Source: Heterodontus francisci
Taxonomy: Eukaryota
Assembly: GCF_036365525.1 (NCBI RefSeq)
Contig: NC_090378.1
Location: 121,567,593-121,631,592, forward strand
Length of the DNA: 64,000 bases
Reading direction: 5' to 3'
In this document: positions 22,430 to 35,140 of the stretch, one piece after another
Numbering within the stretch: position 1 is the stretch's first letter
How the letters are laid out: every line of letters starts with the position of its first letter
The notes under the pieces: generated by a model
What the model saw: only the letters and a program-made list of their open reading frames with translations
Database searches by the model: none
What the model was told of the DNA's origin: nothing
Position numbers and translations under genes: made by a program

Positions 22430-25205
22430 CAGACAGGGAGCAGGCATTGGGGAGTGGGCAGTGGAGAGTAGGGAGCAGGCATTGGAGAGTGGGAAATGGG
22501 CAGAGGAGAGCGGGGAGCAGGGAGCGGGCAGTGGAGAGCAGAGAGTGGAGAGTGGAGAGTGGAGAGCAGAGAGTGGAGTGTGGGCAGTGGAGAGCAGAGA
22601 GTGGGCAGTGGAGAACATGGAGTAGGCAGTGGAGAGTAGGGGTGGAGAGCAGGGAGTGGACTGTGTAGAGCAGGGAGTGGGCAATGGAGAGTGGGCAGAG
22701 AGGAGACCGCATGGAGTGGACAGTGGAGAGCAAGAAGTGGAGGGCGGGGAGTGGCAGTGGAGGGTCGGGAGTGAGCAGTGGAGAGCAGGGAGTGGAGGCA
22801 GGGAATGGAGGGCAGTGAGTGGGCTGTGGCGAGCAGGGATTGGAGAGCAGGGAGCAGGCACTGGAGAATGGGGAGCAGGCAGTGGAGGGCAGGGGGTGGA
22901 GAGCATGGAGCTGGCATGGGAGGGCAGGGAGTGGACAGTGGAGGGCAGAGAGTGGAGAGCAGGGAGTGGGCAGTGGAGAGTGATCAGTGGAGAGCAGGGA
23001 GTGGGCAGTGGAGAGCGAGAAGTGGAGGGCAGGGAGTGGGCTCTGGAGAGCGAGAAGTGGAGGGCAGGGAGTGGAGAGCATGGAGTGGGCAATGGAGAGT
23101 GGTCAGTGGAGAGCAGGGAGTGGACAGTGGAGAGCAGGGAGTGGAGAGCAGGCAGGAGACCATGGAGTGGGTAGTAGAGAGCAGGGAGCCTGAAGTAGAG
23201 AGTGTGGAATGGGCTGTGGAGAGCAGGGAGTGGGCAGTGGACAGCAGGGATTGGAGGGCAGCGAGTGAGCAGTGCAAATCAGGGAGCGGCAAGTGGAGGG
23301 TGGGGAGCAGGCAATGGAGGGCAGAGAGTAGGTAATGGAGAGCAGGGAGCAGGGAGTGGAGAGCGGACAGTGGAGAGCAGGGAGGGGGAATTGGAGAGTG
23401 GGGGGCTGGCAGTAGAGAACAGGGAGTGGGAAGTGAAGGGCAGGGAGTGGGGACTGGGCAGTGGCGAGCAGGGTGTGGGCAGTGGAGAGCAGGGAGCGGG
23501 CAGTTGGCAGTGGAGAGCAGGGAGTGGGCAGTTGGCAGTGGAGAGCAGGGAGTGCATCGTGGAGAGCAGGGAGCATGAAGTAGAGTGTGGAGTCGGCACT
23601 GGAGAGCAGGGTGTGGGAAGTGGAGAGCAGGGAGTGGACAGAGGTGAGTGGTGAGTGGGAAGTGGGCAGTGGAGAGCAGGGAAGTGGGCAGTGGAGAGTG
23701 CTGAGATTGGGCAGTGGAGAGAGCTGGGATTGGGCAGTGGAGAGAGCTGGGATTCGGCAGTGGAGAGAGCAGGGAGTGGGCAGTGGAGAGAGCAGGGAGT
23801 GGGCAGTGGAGAGAGCTGGGAGTGGGCAGTGGAGAGAGCTGGGAGTGGGCAGTAGAGAGAGCTGGGAGTGGGCAGTGGAGAGAGCTGGGAGTTGGCAGTG
23901 GAGAGAGCAGGGAGTGGGCAGTGGAGAGAGCTGGGAGTGAGCAGTGGAGAGAGCAGGGAGTGGGCAGTGGAGAGAGCAGGGAGTGGGCAGTGGAGAGAGC
24001 TGGGAGTGGGCAGTGGAGAGAGCTGGGAGTGGGCAGTAGAGAGAGCTGCGAGTGGGCAGTGGAGAGAGCTGGGAGTTGGCAGTGGAGAGAGCAGAGAGTG
24101 GGCAGCAGAGAGAGCTGGGAGTGGGCAGCGGAGAGAGCTGCGAGTGGGCAGTGGAGAGAGCAGGGAGTGGGCAGTGGAGAGAGCAGGGAGTGGGCGGTGG
24201 AGAGAGCAGGGAGTGGGCAGTGGAGAGAGCAGGGAGTGGGCGGTGGAGAGAGCAGGGAGTGGGCAGTGGAGGGTAGGGATTGGAGAGCAAGGAGTGGGCG
24301 GTGGAGGGTAGGGATTGGAGAGCAGGGAGTGGGCGGTGGAGAGAGCAGGGAGTGGGCAGTGGAGGGTAGGGATTGGAAAGCAGGGAGTGGGCGGTGGAGA
24401 GAGCAGGGAGTGGGCAGTGAGAGAGCAGGGAATGGGCAGTGGAGAAAGCAGGGAGTGGGCAGTGGAGGGTAGGGAGTGGGCAGTGGAGGGCAGGGAGTGG
24501 GCAGTGGAGAGAGCAGGGAGTGGGCAGTGGAGAGCAGGGACTGGGCAGTGGAGAGCAGGGAGTGGAGAGCAGGCAGGAGACCAGGGAGTGAGTAGTAGAG
24601 AGCAGGGAGCCTGAAGTAGAGAGTGTGGAGTGGGCTGTGGAGAGCAGGGAGTGTGCAATGGTGAGTGGGAAGTGGAGGGCAGCAAGTGGGCATTAGTGGG
24701 CAGGGAGTTGAAAGCATGGAGCGGGCAATGGAGAGCTGGGAGTGGGCAGTGGAGAGTAAGGCACGGGTAGTAGAGAGTGGGGGTGCGAGCAATGGAGGGC
24801 AGGGAATGGGCAGTGGAGAGCATGGAGTGGGCAGTGGAGAGCATGGAGTGGGCAGAGGAGAGTGGGGAGTTGGCAGTGGGGAGCAGGGAGTGGGCAGAGG
24901 AGAGTGGGGAGTGGGCAGTGGGGAGCAGGGAGTGGGCATTGGAGAGCAGGGAGTGGGAAGTAGAGAGTGGGTGGTGGGCAATGGAGGGCAGGGAATGGGC
25001 AGTGGAGAGCACGGAGTGGGCAGAGAAGAGTGGGGAGTGGGCAGTGGGGAGCACAGAGTGGGCAGTGGAGAGCAGGCAGTGGGCAGTGGAGAGCAGGGCA
25101 GTGGAAGGCAGGGAATGGACAGTGGAGAGCAGGGAGCGGGCAGGGAGTGGAGGGCATGGAGTGGGCAGTGGGGCGCAGGGAGTGGAGAGCAGCAAGCGGG
25201 CAGTG
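22430..25205. repeat. 2.8-kb purine/G-rich degenerate minisatellite (core GGGAGTGGGCAGTGGAGAG(AG)CA/CT) inside the Gypsy element
   Basis: 21-23-bp units, most homogeneous at 23.7-24.5 kb; source of the many overlapping low-complexity ORFs. Confidence 0.95.
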
Positions 25206-26012
25206 AAAGAAGTCTGGAATCTGCTAGGACTAGTCATGTACTGTAGTCATTTCATTCCTGACCTCGTTACGCTATCTGGCCCCCATGCTATCTGTCAAAA
25301 GGGACAACCAATTGGAATGGACTAAATCACACAAACAGGCAGTACACCAGATCAAACAACGTCTGTCAACAAGTTGCACAAATGCCTATTTTGCCCCTGA
25401 GAAAAGGACCCAGCTCGATGTGGATGGCAGCCCGCTTGGCTTCGGTGCAGTTCTCATACAGAAAGACAAGACAGGTCACCCAGTAATCATTGTGATTGTA
25501 AATAGATCATTAACAGCCATAGAGCAATGTTATTCACAAAGAGAGAGAGAAGCTCTCTCAATCACATGGGGTATCTTACACTTTCATCTCTACTTATATG
25601 GAAGTGAGTTGAAAGAAATAACTATCAGAGACCACTAGTGAGCTAGTTCAACAATCCACACAGCAAAACACCCACTCAAATAGAACATTGGATATTCAAA
25701 CTACAAGAGTATGAGTTCCATGTTGAGTATCAGCCAGGCAAATTCAATCCAGCGGATTACCTTTCACAACATCCGCTGCCGACTGTCAGTCCTAGTAGTC
25801 GTGTGGAAAAGGTTGCTGAACAACATCTTAACTACGTAAGCATAAATGCAGTGCTAAAGTCGCTAAAAATAGCCAACAACAAAATCAGAATAAAATAAGA
25901 TGAGGCTTTGAAATTATGTATGAAGGCTATGGAATCTGAAAACTGGAAAACTGATCGAGAGAGCGTCTACAAAAGATATTCGCTCGCACACTACAAGGTC
26001 TTCACAATAACA

Positions 26013-26144
26013 TAAAAGCAAAATACTACAGATGCTGGAAATCTGAAATCAAAACAAGAAATGTTGGAAATACTCAGCAGGTCTGGCAGCATCTGTGGAG
26101 AGAGAAGCAGAGTTAACGTTTCAGGTCAGTGACCCTTCTTCAGG
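26013..26144 (-). mobile_element. Penelope terminal-repeat fragment carrying a hammerhead-ribozyme core
   Basis: Matches 2778-2860; - strand CTGAAGA-AGGGTCACTGACCT-GAAA-CGTTA at 26143-26114. Confidence 0.75.
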
Positions 26145-26896
26145 ACTAACCGTTACAACCACATCTAATCTTGTATTACACAACAACTGTATTGTCATTC
26201 CACACTCATTAAGGGAATGTGTTGTCAATAAAGCACATGAAGAACACCAGGGAATAGTCAATAGTAAACAACCCCTTAGGCAAATGGTTTGGGTTCCAGG
26301 AATGAACTGCATGGTAGAGATAAAATCAATCAGTGTTTACCATGTCAACTACCCACAATGTCAAATCTTCATGATCCTCTCGTGATGTCTGAACTACCTC
26401 CAGGACCAGGGATTGTGTCAGTGTTGATTTCACAGATTTACCCACAGGTGAACACCTGCTTGTTGTCACTGACGACTACAGCAGATTCCCAATCGTGGAA
26501 TTAGTTAAGTCAACTCCAACAAAAGCAGTGATTCCAAAGCTTGACCAGATCTTTACCTTGTTTGGAATCCCTCAAACAGTAAGAAGTGACAATGAACCCC
26601 CATTCAACAGCAATGAGTTCAGTAAATTCACAAACTACCTAGTGTTCACTCATAGGGAAATCACACCCCATTGGCCAAGAGCTAATGGAGAAGTCGAGAC
26701 ATTTATGTGAACCTTGAAAATAGTGATACGTACAGCTACAGCTGTGAACAAGTCATGGGAGCAAGAGTTATATCACTTTCTTCATAATTACAGAGTGACT
26801 CCAAACTCAACTACTGGAAAACCTCCAGTCACTCTCATCTTTACACATCCTCTGTGCACACGTCTTCCTCAGTTACCCTACGGAGATAATGATCAA

Positions 26897-27519
26897 TAAA
26901 AGCAAAATACTGCAGATGTTGGAAATCTGAAATAAAAACAAGAAATGTTGGAAATACTCAGCAGGTCTGACAGCATCTGAGGAGGGAGAAGCAGAGTTAA
27001 CGTTGTGAAAGGTTTTAAGCAAGTAATGAGGGGGTGGGGCAAGAGATAACAAAGGAGAAGGTGTAGATAGGACAAGGTCACAGAATAACTGACCAGAAGG
27101 TCATGGGGCAAAGGCAAACAATATGTTATTAGTTTAGTTTAGTGATACAGCACTGAAACAGGCCCTTCGGCCCACCGAGTCTGTGCCGACCATCAACCAC
27201 CCATTTATACTATTCCTACACTAATCCAATATTCCTACCACATCCCCACCTGTCCCTGTATTTTCCCTACCACCTACCTATACTCGGGGCAATTTCTAAT
27301 GGCCAATTTACCTATCAACCTGCAAGTCTTTGGCATGTGGGAGGAAACTGGAGCACCCGGAGGAAACCCACGCAGCCACAGGGAGAACTTGCAAACTCCA
27401 CACAGGCAGTACCCAGAATTGAACCCGGGTCGCTGGAGCTGTGAGGCTGCGGTGCTAACTACTGCGCCACTGTGCCGCCCTATTGGTGTGTTGAAAGACA
27501 AAGCATTCGTACAGACAGC
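26897..27519 (-). mobile_element. Penelope 3' fragment inserted in the Gypsy integrase
   Basis: Colinear with 2778-3045; perfect 10-bp TSD TAATGATCAA (26887-26896, 27520-27529). Confidence 0.88.
27131..27480 (-). mobile_element. Full-length HE1/V-SINE nested in the Penelope fragment
   Basis: A box TGGCGCAGTAG, B box GGTTCAATTC, V-core, (CTAAA)n tail; short flanking repeat TATT. Confidence 0.92.
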
Positions 27520-28414
27520 TAATGATCAACATATACACCAACACGATCGAGATCAGAAGTATAGAATGAAGGTAAATGCAGAGTGAAACATGAAACTTCG
27601 AGCTACACCATTAAAGCCAGGAGATAAAGTACTTGTGAAACGTGATGGTCATGTTGGAAAACAAACAACCCCTTATAACATCCAACCATTTGTTGTGACC
27701 AACACAAAAGGATCAATGATCACTGCTGAGCACGATTCACAAATTATCACAAGAAACGTGTCATTCTTCAAACACTGAAAACACCTCTTGTAAACATTGA
27801 ATCTGATTCCAGCATCGACACCTCCGATGAAGAACGTGAGTTAAATGAGACTTCACCTGATGTCAGACAATATCCTACTTGTGAGAGAAAAGGCCCACTA
27901 CACGTAGGTGACTAGATAACGAAGTGAACTATTTATGTTTAAGTTTATTCTTTACATTTTTGTAAACAATCCATTGAAACATGTCTCTCATTTACTAAGA
28001 AGGGGAGGAATGTAGTGTTGTCATGTTTTAAAATTCATTGTACATTTAATTAACTTGAAGCCACTGTAGAACACACTATACTAGCAAAGGGAAAGTGAAA
28101 GTAAAGCAGAATGAAGAAGAAGCCTTTGTGTTTAACAGCCTGCAGTCTCAGTCTCCCATCTCATACTAAACTCGGCTAAACCTCACTTAATTCCCGAGGA
28201 CATCACATGCAGGTGGCGGGAGAGTGGGCTGTAAACGATCGGGCAGTGGAAGGACTCGTCACCCTCCTGGCATCCTGAGGGCAGATGTAAACCAATGTAT
28301 TACTTTACCTTTTAATGTACAATCACATTCTCACCATGTAACTGTTATTTTATTTCTTTTCTATTCATGATCGTAGACCAGTTGTGGTGGAGTCCTGAGT
28401 GTGTGGAGCCTGTT

Positions 28415-28560
28415 TGAGCTAACCATTACAATCACATCTGATCTTGTATTACGCAACAGCTGTATTGTCATTCCACACTCATGAAGGGAATGTGTTGTCA
28501 ATAAAGTAAATGAAGGACACCAGGGAATAGTCAAGACCAAACAACTCCTTAGGCAACATG
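28415..28560 (+). mobile_element. Second Gypsy integrase-region fragment outside the 3' LTR
   Basis: Closely similar to 26145-26288 (LVLRNSCIVIPHS..EGHQGIVKTKQLLR). Confidence 0.8.
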
Positions 28561-29589
28561 GAGCATCGAAGTACCCAGACCAAAGACATCTAATGAATTG
28601 TAATGTGTGCTTGAAAACGCAAGGCAAGCTGGTCAGTTTTGGTCATGATAGTGCCTTGTCAGAATTAGCAGGGTCTGCAAAACTAATTAAACTGCAAAAG
28701 TGCCAGCATCCGGGAAGAGATCCAGAGCTTTCTCATTAATAGCTAAAAAAAGACATCTTTGTCGCAGACTGAAGATTGATAACGATGCTGGAGAGAACGA
28801 AGAAGAGAAACTGTCTTTGTTATCTGAAGCAGTGGGTCTTGAAACTCTAACATGAGGCCCAGCCTGTGGCCATATACCTTGTTTTTCTAAAAGAACAGAG
28901 AGGTAATTGCAGACCAATTGAAGGAGTTAATAACAGGTTTTATCTTATATGGAACAGGGCCATAGCAAAAGAAGGTACAAAGAAAGATCCCATAGGAAAA
29001 TCATTGCTGCAGTGGTTAGGGTGGTGTGGTCGGCCGTCGGGAAGTCACGCACGGAAGATTTGTTGACGGATTGACCACGGAGACGGACTCCAGTTCACAG
29101 GGCTGCTCAGCGACCAGTATTATTGTGAGTCTGTACTATTGCTTAGTGGTATAATAAAGGTGTACCACATCTAGTGGAACAATATCTAAGTTGTTGTGTG
29201 TCATTGATACCCAGAGTAAAGGCAAGGACCAATTAGACCAGGCAGAGGGTCTTACAGAATTTGGTGAACCAGCCAGGAGACTTGAAGGTAAAGAAATGGC
29301 AGAACATACTATGGATGGGTTAGTCACGAAGGACGTGGCAGGGATAACTACCTCTTAAACAGAGATGGATTTGGATTATCCTGAAGGGCCATGACCTGGT
29401 AGATGAGGCAGAACAGTGGACACAGAGGTCCACTTGTCAGAAAGCCTTGATGAAAGTAGATTGGCTGATGTCATATCAGCAACAGTGCAGGAGGGATGAG
29501 GCTGAGAAAGTAAAAGTCAGGTAGGAACTTTAAAGGGAGTAAAAGAAAGTTACTGTGTCTTTTATTCGAGTTTGAATATAGATGGTCCA

Positions 29590-31490
29590 GAGGGGAAGTG
29601 AAAAAAAGCAAATAAGAGAAGCAAAGTGAGAGCATGAAAAGAGACTGGCAGCTAGCATTAAAGGAAATGCCAAAGTTTTCTATTGGCATATAAATAGTAA
29701 AAGAGTGGTAAAAGGAGAAGTGGGGCTGATTATGGATCAGAAAGGGGATTTACACATGGAGGCAGAGGGCATAGCTGAGATATTAAATGAATACTTCGCA
29801 TCTGTCTTCACCAAGGAAGAAGACACAACCCAAACAATGTTGAAAGAGGAGGTAAGTCAGACACGAGAGGGGTTTAAAATTGATAAAGAGGAAGTATTAG
29901 ATAGGCTGTCTGTACTTAAAGTGGATAAAGCACAAGGACCAGATGAGATGCATCCAAGGATACTGAGGGAAGAGAGGGTGGAAATCACAGAGGCACTGGC
30001 CATAATGTTTCAGTCTTCCTTAGACTCGGGTTTGTGCCAGAGGACTGGAGAATTGCAGACGTTACACCCTCATTCAAAAAAGGGTGTAAAGATAAGCCCA
30101 GAAACTACAGGCCAGTCAGTTTCACTTCGGTGGTGGGAAAACTTCTAGAAAAAATAATTCATGACAAAATCAAGAGTCATATGGACAAATGCTAGTTAAT
30201 TAAGGAAAGCCAGCATGGATTTCTTAAGAGCAAATAATGTTTAACTAATTTGCTGAAGTTTTTTGAGGAGGTAACAGAGAGAGTTGATGAGGACAATGCT
30301 GTTGATGTAGTGTACATGGACTTTAAAAGGCATTTGACACAGTGCCACACGACAGACTGGTGAGCAAACCTATAGCTCATGGAATAAAAGAGAGGTTGTA
30401 ACATGGATACGAAATTGGCTGAGTGACAGGAAACAAACATTAGTGGTTAATGGATGCTTTTCGGCTGGAGCAAGGTTTGTCGTGGAGTTCCCAGGAATCA
30501 GTGTCGGGAGCCTTGCTTTTCCAAATATATATTAATGACCTAGGCCTTGGTGTACTGGGCAAAATTTCAAAGTTTGCAGATGATACAAAACTTGGAAGCA
30601 TTGTGAACTGTGAGAAGGACAGTATAGAACTTCAAAAGGACATAGACATGTTGGTGGAATGGGCAGACAGGTGGCAGATGAAGTTCAATGCAGAGAAATG
30701 TGAAGTGATTCACTTTGGTAGGAAGAACATGGAGACATAATATAAAATAAAGGGTACAATTCTAAAGCGGCTCCAGGAGCAGAGGGGCCTAGGTGTACAT
30801 GCGCATGTGAAGGTGGCAGGACAGGTTGAGAGAGTGTTTAATAAAACAGACAGTATCCTGGGTTTTATTAATAGGGGCATAGAATACAAAAGCAAGGAAA
30901 TTATGTTGAACTTGTATAAGACCCTTGTTCGGCATCAGCTGGAGTATTGTGTCCAATACTGGGCACCACACTCATGAAAATACGTGAGGGTATTGAAGAG
31001 AGTACATAAAAGATTCACGCGAATGGTTCCAGGGATGAGGAATTTCAGTTATGAAGATAGATTGGAGAAGTTAGGACTATTTTCCTTGGAGAAGAGAAGG
31101 CTGAGAGGTGGTTTGATTGAGTATTCAACATCATGAGGGGTCTGGACAGAGTAGATAGAGAGAAACTGTTCCCATTCCTGAAAGGATTGCGAATGAGAGG
31201 GCACAGATTTAAAGTAATGTGTAAGAGGAGCAAAAGTGACATGAAGAAAAGCTTTTTCACACAGCGAGTGATTCAGGTCTAGAATACTCTGTCTGAGAAC
31301 ATGGTGGAGACAGGTTCAATTGAAGCATTCAAAAGGGAATTAGCCAGTTATATGAAAAGGAAGAAGATGCAGGATTATGGGGAGAAGGCGGGGGAGTGGA
31401 ACTGAGGGAATTGTTCTTTTGAAGAGCTAGTGCAGACACGATGGGCCGAATGGCTTCCTCTGCACTGTAACGATTCTGTGATTCTGTGAG
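29590..31490 (+). mobile_element. CR1 LINE, 5'-truncated
   Basis: LNEYFASVFT, GPDEMHPRIL, QHGF, KFADDTKL, MKFNAEKCEVIHFG; tail GGGCCGAATGG..(ATTCTGTG)2. Confidence 0.93.
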
Positions 31491-31601
31491 TGTTGGAAGC
31501 TTCCATGAATGAATGTCCTTATCTCTGTAACTTGTGTTCTGTAGAGCTAACAGTCATTAACACTTTGTAGTCTGGCTTTAATGGTAAAAACATGAGTCTG
31601 T

Positions 31602-31938
31602 TAAAACCAGGCGACCCGACCTGAACCCGACTAGACCCGACTACATGTGTCAGGTTCTGGTCGGGTCGGGTCTATATTCCGAGTCCAGCATTCGGACTCG
31701 GGTCATGTTGGGCTGGACAGTGCTGCTTCCGGGAAGTCACAGGATCAGGCCTACCCATGATTCCCCACAACTCCATCTGCAGGAATAGCCTGCTGCCGGA
31801 AAGGATGAAGGATACTCGTGTCGGGTCAGGTCGGGCTCGAAAAAAAATTAAAGGACTTGGGTCTGAGTCGGGTTCAGGTTGGCTGTGGTCAGATCGGTCC
31901 TGGGTCAGGTTTTAATTTTATACCCGAGCCAGGCTTTT
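31602..31938. mobile_element. hAT-type MITE
   Basis: 8-bp TSD GAGTCTGT (31594-31601, 31939-31946), degenerate TIRs, CCCGA/TCGGG subterminal repeats. Confidence 0.85.
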
Positions 31939-33271
31939 GAGTCTGTTACTTGTTCTATTTATACACGGATATATTTTTGTGGGACTCATTACAGGAATCA
32001 ATATTTCTAAGCTGTTTGGAATTAAGAAAGTGTGAATGTGATGATTGAGAATATGCCTATGTCAATTTAATAGTATGTAAAGTTTAAATGAGGATCTGTG
32101 GGAACTCAATGGCAAGTTAAATGTGAGAATTGTAAGTTTAAAGGGATGTGGAATTCATGTTAGGATTTTATTGTGTTGTCACATCTCTCCCAGGTAAAAG
32201 AAGAGAATTTTGCAGGAGGTAATGTGTTTGGGTGAGAATGAGTTTGAGATTTAGAATCAGTAAAGAATGGGTAATGTAGATAACATCAGGAATTGGAAAT
32301 TGGTTTATGTGGAGAAAAGGATACGTTAAGTTAAGATGAAATGAAGGAGAATGGAAAATTCTGTTTGAATCTCCCTGAAGCTGTGGAAAGTTTACAGGTT
32401 GTGAAAACTCTGCCGTGTAATGTGTGAATGCTTGGCATTGCCGTGTGATTTTCTTCAGTGTGAAAGAATGTTGCTTTTTGCATATTTGTGAGAATTAACT
32501 TTAGTTTTGATTCCAGGGATTTGAAAAGTACCTGAAGAAAGAAGAGAAGTGATGTCATTTGTTTTTGTTTCCCATTTGTTTTAATAAAGTTGGTGTTATT
32601 TTACTCTGTGTTGAGTTGATAAAGTAAGGTTGTATTTAAAGCAAAACTGAGCATTGTGAATATCGAGACTGTAAAGTGTAGAGCATAAGGGAAATGCTGC
32701 CTGTGTGTGTAATAGAAGGAATTGTGGAAATGATTTTTGTGTGCTTCAAGTTTTCATATATTTTTGTTCCTGAAATTGTGATTTTGCAGGAGAAGTTTCA
32801 GCACTTTAACTTTAAAAAACACTAACAATGAGAGTTATGAGCATGGATTAACAAGGAAGTGTAACTGATAAATGTTTCAATTGATAACTGCATTAGACCC
32901 AGGATAGTTTAACTACTTAGTAAAGGGTGCCCTCTATTGACTGTCATCACTGTCACATACACAGAATACACTGAACCATTAGTCAGACTCAAGTATGGTC
33001 GACAGGAGTTTATAATCCACCAGGGCCCTGAGCAGACATTTGCTTCGAGGTGTCTCTTGGTCCCCAATTACTGTCTGTTGCTCTGGAATGTTGTTGGAAA
33101 CGGGAGATACACACAAGAAAATAGGAAAGCATAATAACAAGAAAAGGCCATTCTGTTCATTATGCCTGCTCCTTTCACTAACAAGGTACGAATCTTCCCT
33201 GTTATAGATTATGTCCCGACTGAATCTCATATGAGAAGCTTCTGCGTAAACACACTTTGATTGCTAAACAT

Positions 33272-34268
33272 CGTTACGACCGGATGAGGCAGGGGTCTAA
33301 GTCTCCCACTCTCAGCCTCTTCCTGGTTTGGCTATGACAGGGTTTAACTTTTGAAACATCATGTTTTTGCTTCCCTCTCAGTGAGTCCTTGCTCACTGCT
33401 CTCTAATTATAATGGCAAATAAATCAACCAGACAGGCTTTCTCAGATTTAAACAAGAAAAGTGAACGCTTATTAACCTTAAAACTCTAATTCAGTTAAAA
33501 CTACTAACAATGCACCATGCCACCATGCGAGCATACACACGCGATAAACACACAAGCAAATAGAGACAGAGGAGGAGAAAGAAAGGGAAAGGTTTGAAGT
33601 AATAACTGGAGTTCAGTTACTGGCTTTGGGTTTGATATAAAGTCTTTGATTGAAGTTAACTCCTGCAGTTCTCGTTGGTGTCCAGTGCACACTTTCAAAC
33701 TTGTTTCACGGGTCTTCTGTCTTGAGGCTTGAGTTACTTTTGTGGGTGCCTGGAACTTTGCGTGAGAATGAGAGAAAGAGACAGAAAGAGACCTTCCTTC
33801 ACTTTTGTCTATAAATTGCAGTCTGTTCCTTTCTGTGTGCCACAATTCAAATGACCTCAGATTGTCCAGCAGGTTAGTCATGTGACTAGCTCCTTATTTG
33901 GAACAACCTCCCCTGCGTGGTTTGTGGATTTCCCCCAAGCTTCGCAGACACTCTCAGTGGTGGGGGAGGGGGGGGGGGATGGAATGCTCGCTCTTACATA
34001 TTCAATGTCTCCTGATCATAAACCAGCTAGCTAACTGAATCAGGGAGGCACCCCCATTGTCTTCTTCCTGCAACTGTCTTGTAGAATGCCAATGTGCAGC
34101 CATATTTTCCAGCCACTGTCCTTTAGAAAGCAAATGTGCAGCCATGTTTTCAGCCACTGTTGTGGTCTTTTTAAACAAGTTATTTCAAGTCCAGTAACAG
34201 TTACAAAATAATGTTCCATCTGACAAAATTAATATGTCTCATATTTGGCTAGTGTGGTTTCCATCACA
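33272..34268 (-). mobile_element. Solo LTR (~1 kb)
   Basis: Ends (C)GTTACG...CATCACA, 4-bp TSD ACAT on both sides, no coding capacity. Confidence 0.7.
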
Positions 34269-34749
34269 ACATAACCAGGAAACATTAGAAAAGTGTAATT
34301 TATCTTCCCATTTTCACCCCTGGATTGCTATCCTCGAGGGATCAATTTCCTCTTTGGAATATGTTAACAGACCTCATTATCTCAAACTGATATGATTGTA
34401 CAAAATGTACCATCCTGGATCAATGGTTTAATTGAAACTAATTTGCACTCCGAGAATGTGTGTGTGTTCTGTGGAAATAATTCTTCACAAATCAAATTAA
34501 CAATAGCATCAAATTAATCACCTCAATTGCTCCAAGGTTAAACAGGTTGACAGTGAGTGGCAACAGGCTATTCAATCATGGGGGCATCACAGGAAACCTG
34601 ATTCTGTAATAATCTGACATCCCGACATACAGACTTTCTAGTGAGTAACATGTACAGTGATTGGAAACTGACACTTTAATTTAATTCAAGTTTTTATATA
34701 AAACTCACAAACTCCTGTTAAAATGCATTTGTGAAGTTACCAAATATTG

Positions 34750-35140
34750 TCTTGTATTCCTCTGAGTTTAGAAAGTTGAACGGATGATTTAATTAAGGTG
34801 CTTAAAGTAATAAAAGGATTTGATAGGTTTGATGAAGAGAAGTTATTTTATCAAGTTCGGGAATCCATAACAAGGTGACATAATCCTAAAATTAGAAGAT
34901 TCGAAATCAGGAAGTACTTCTTCACACAAAGGGTGGTGGAAATTGGAATTCTCTCCTCTAAAACATTGGAGATGTTGATCAATTGACATTTTAAAGGCAG
35001 AGATTGACTGATTTTTATTAGATAAGAATAACAAGGAATATGGATCAAAGGCGGGTAAATGGAGTACAGATCAGACATGATTGAACTGAATGATGGAACA
35101 GTCTTGAAGGGGCTGAATGGCCTACCCCTGTTCCTATATT
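34750..35140 (+). mobile_element. Old CR1 3' end
   Basis: FFTQRVV motif and GGGCTGAATGGCCTAC..CCTGTTCCTAT tail. Confidence 0.75.

Larger units (their letters stand above)
21587..28207 (+). mobile_element. Decayed Gypsy/Ty3 LTR retrotransposon (LTRs 21587-21793 and 28011-28207)
   Basis: Two diverged ~200-bp TG..CA LTRs; 5-bp TSD TGCAG (21582-21586, 28208-28212); PPT AAGAAGGGGAGGAA; gag LPPFDVNSEPSS; RNase H DGSPLGFGAVL..YSQREREAL; integrase AHEEHQGI, FGIPQTVRSDNEPPF, WPRANGEVE. Confidence 0.92.

Noticed and set aside
22390-25325. Many long ORFs (up to 665 aa)
   Set aside because: By-products of a stop-poor purine-rich tandem repeat, open on both strands.
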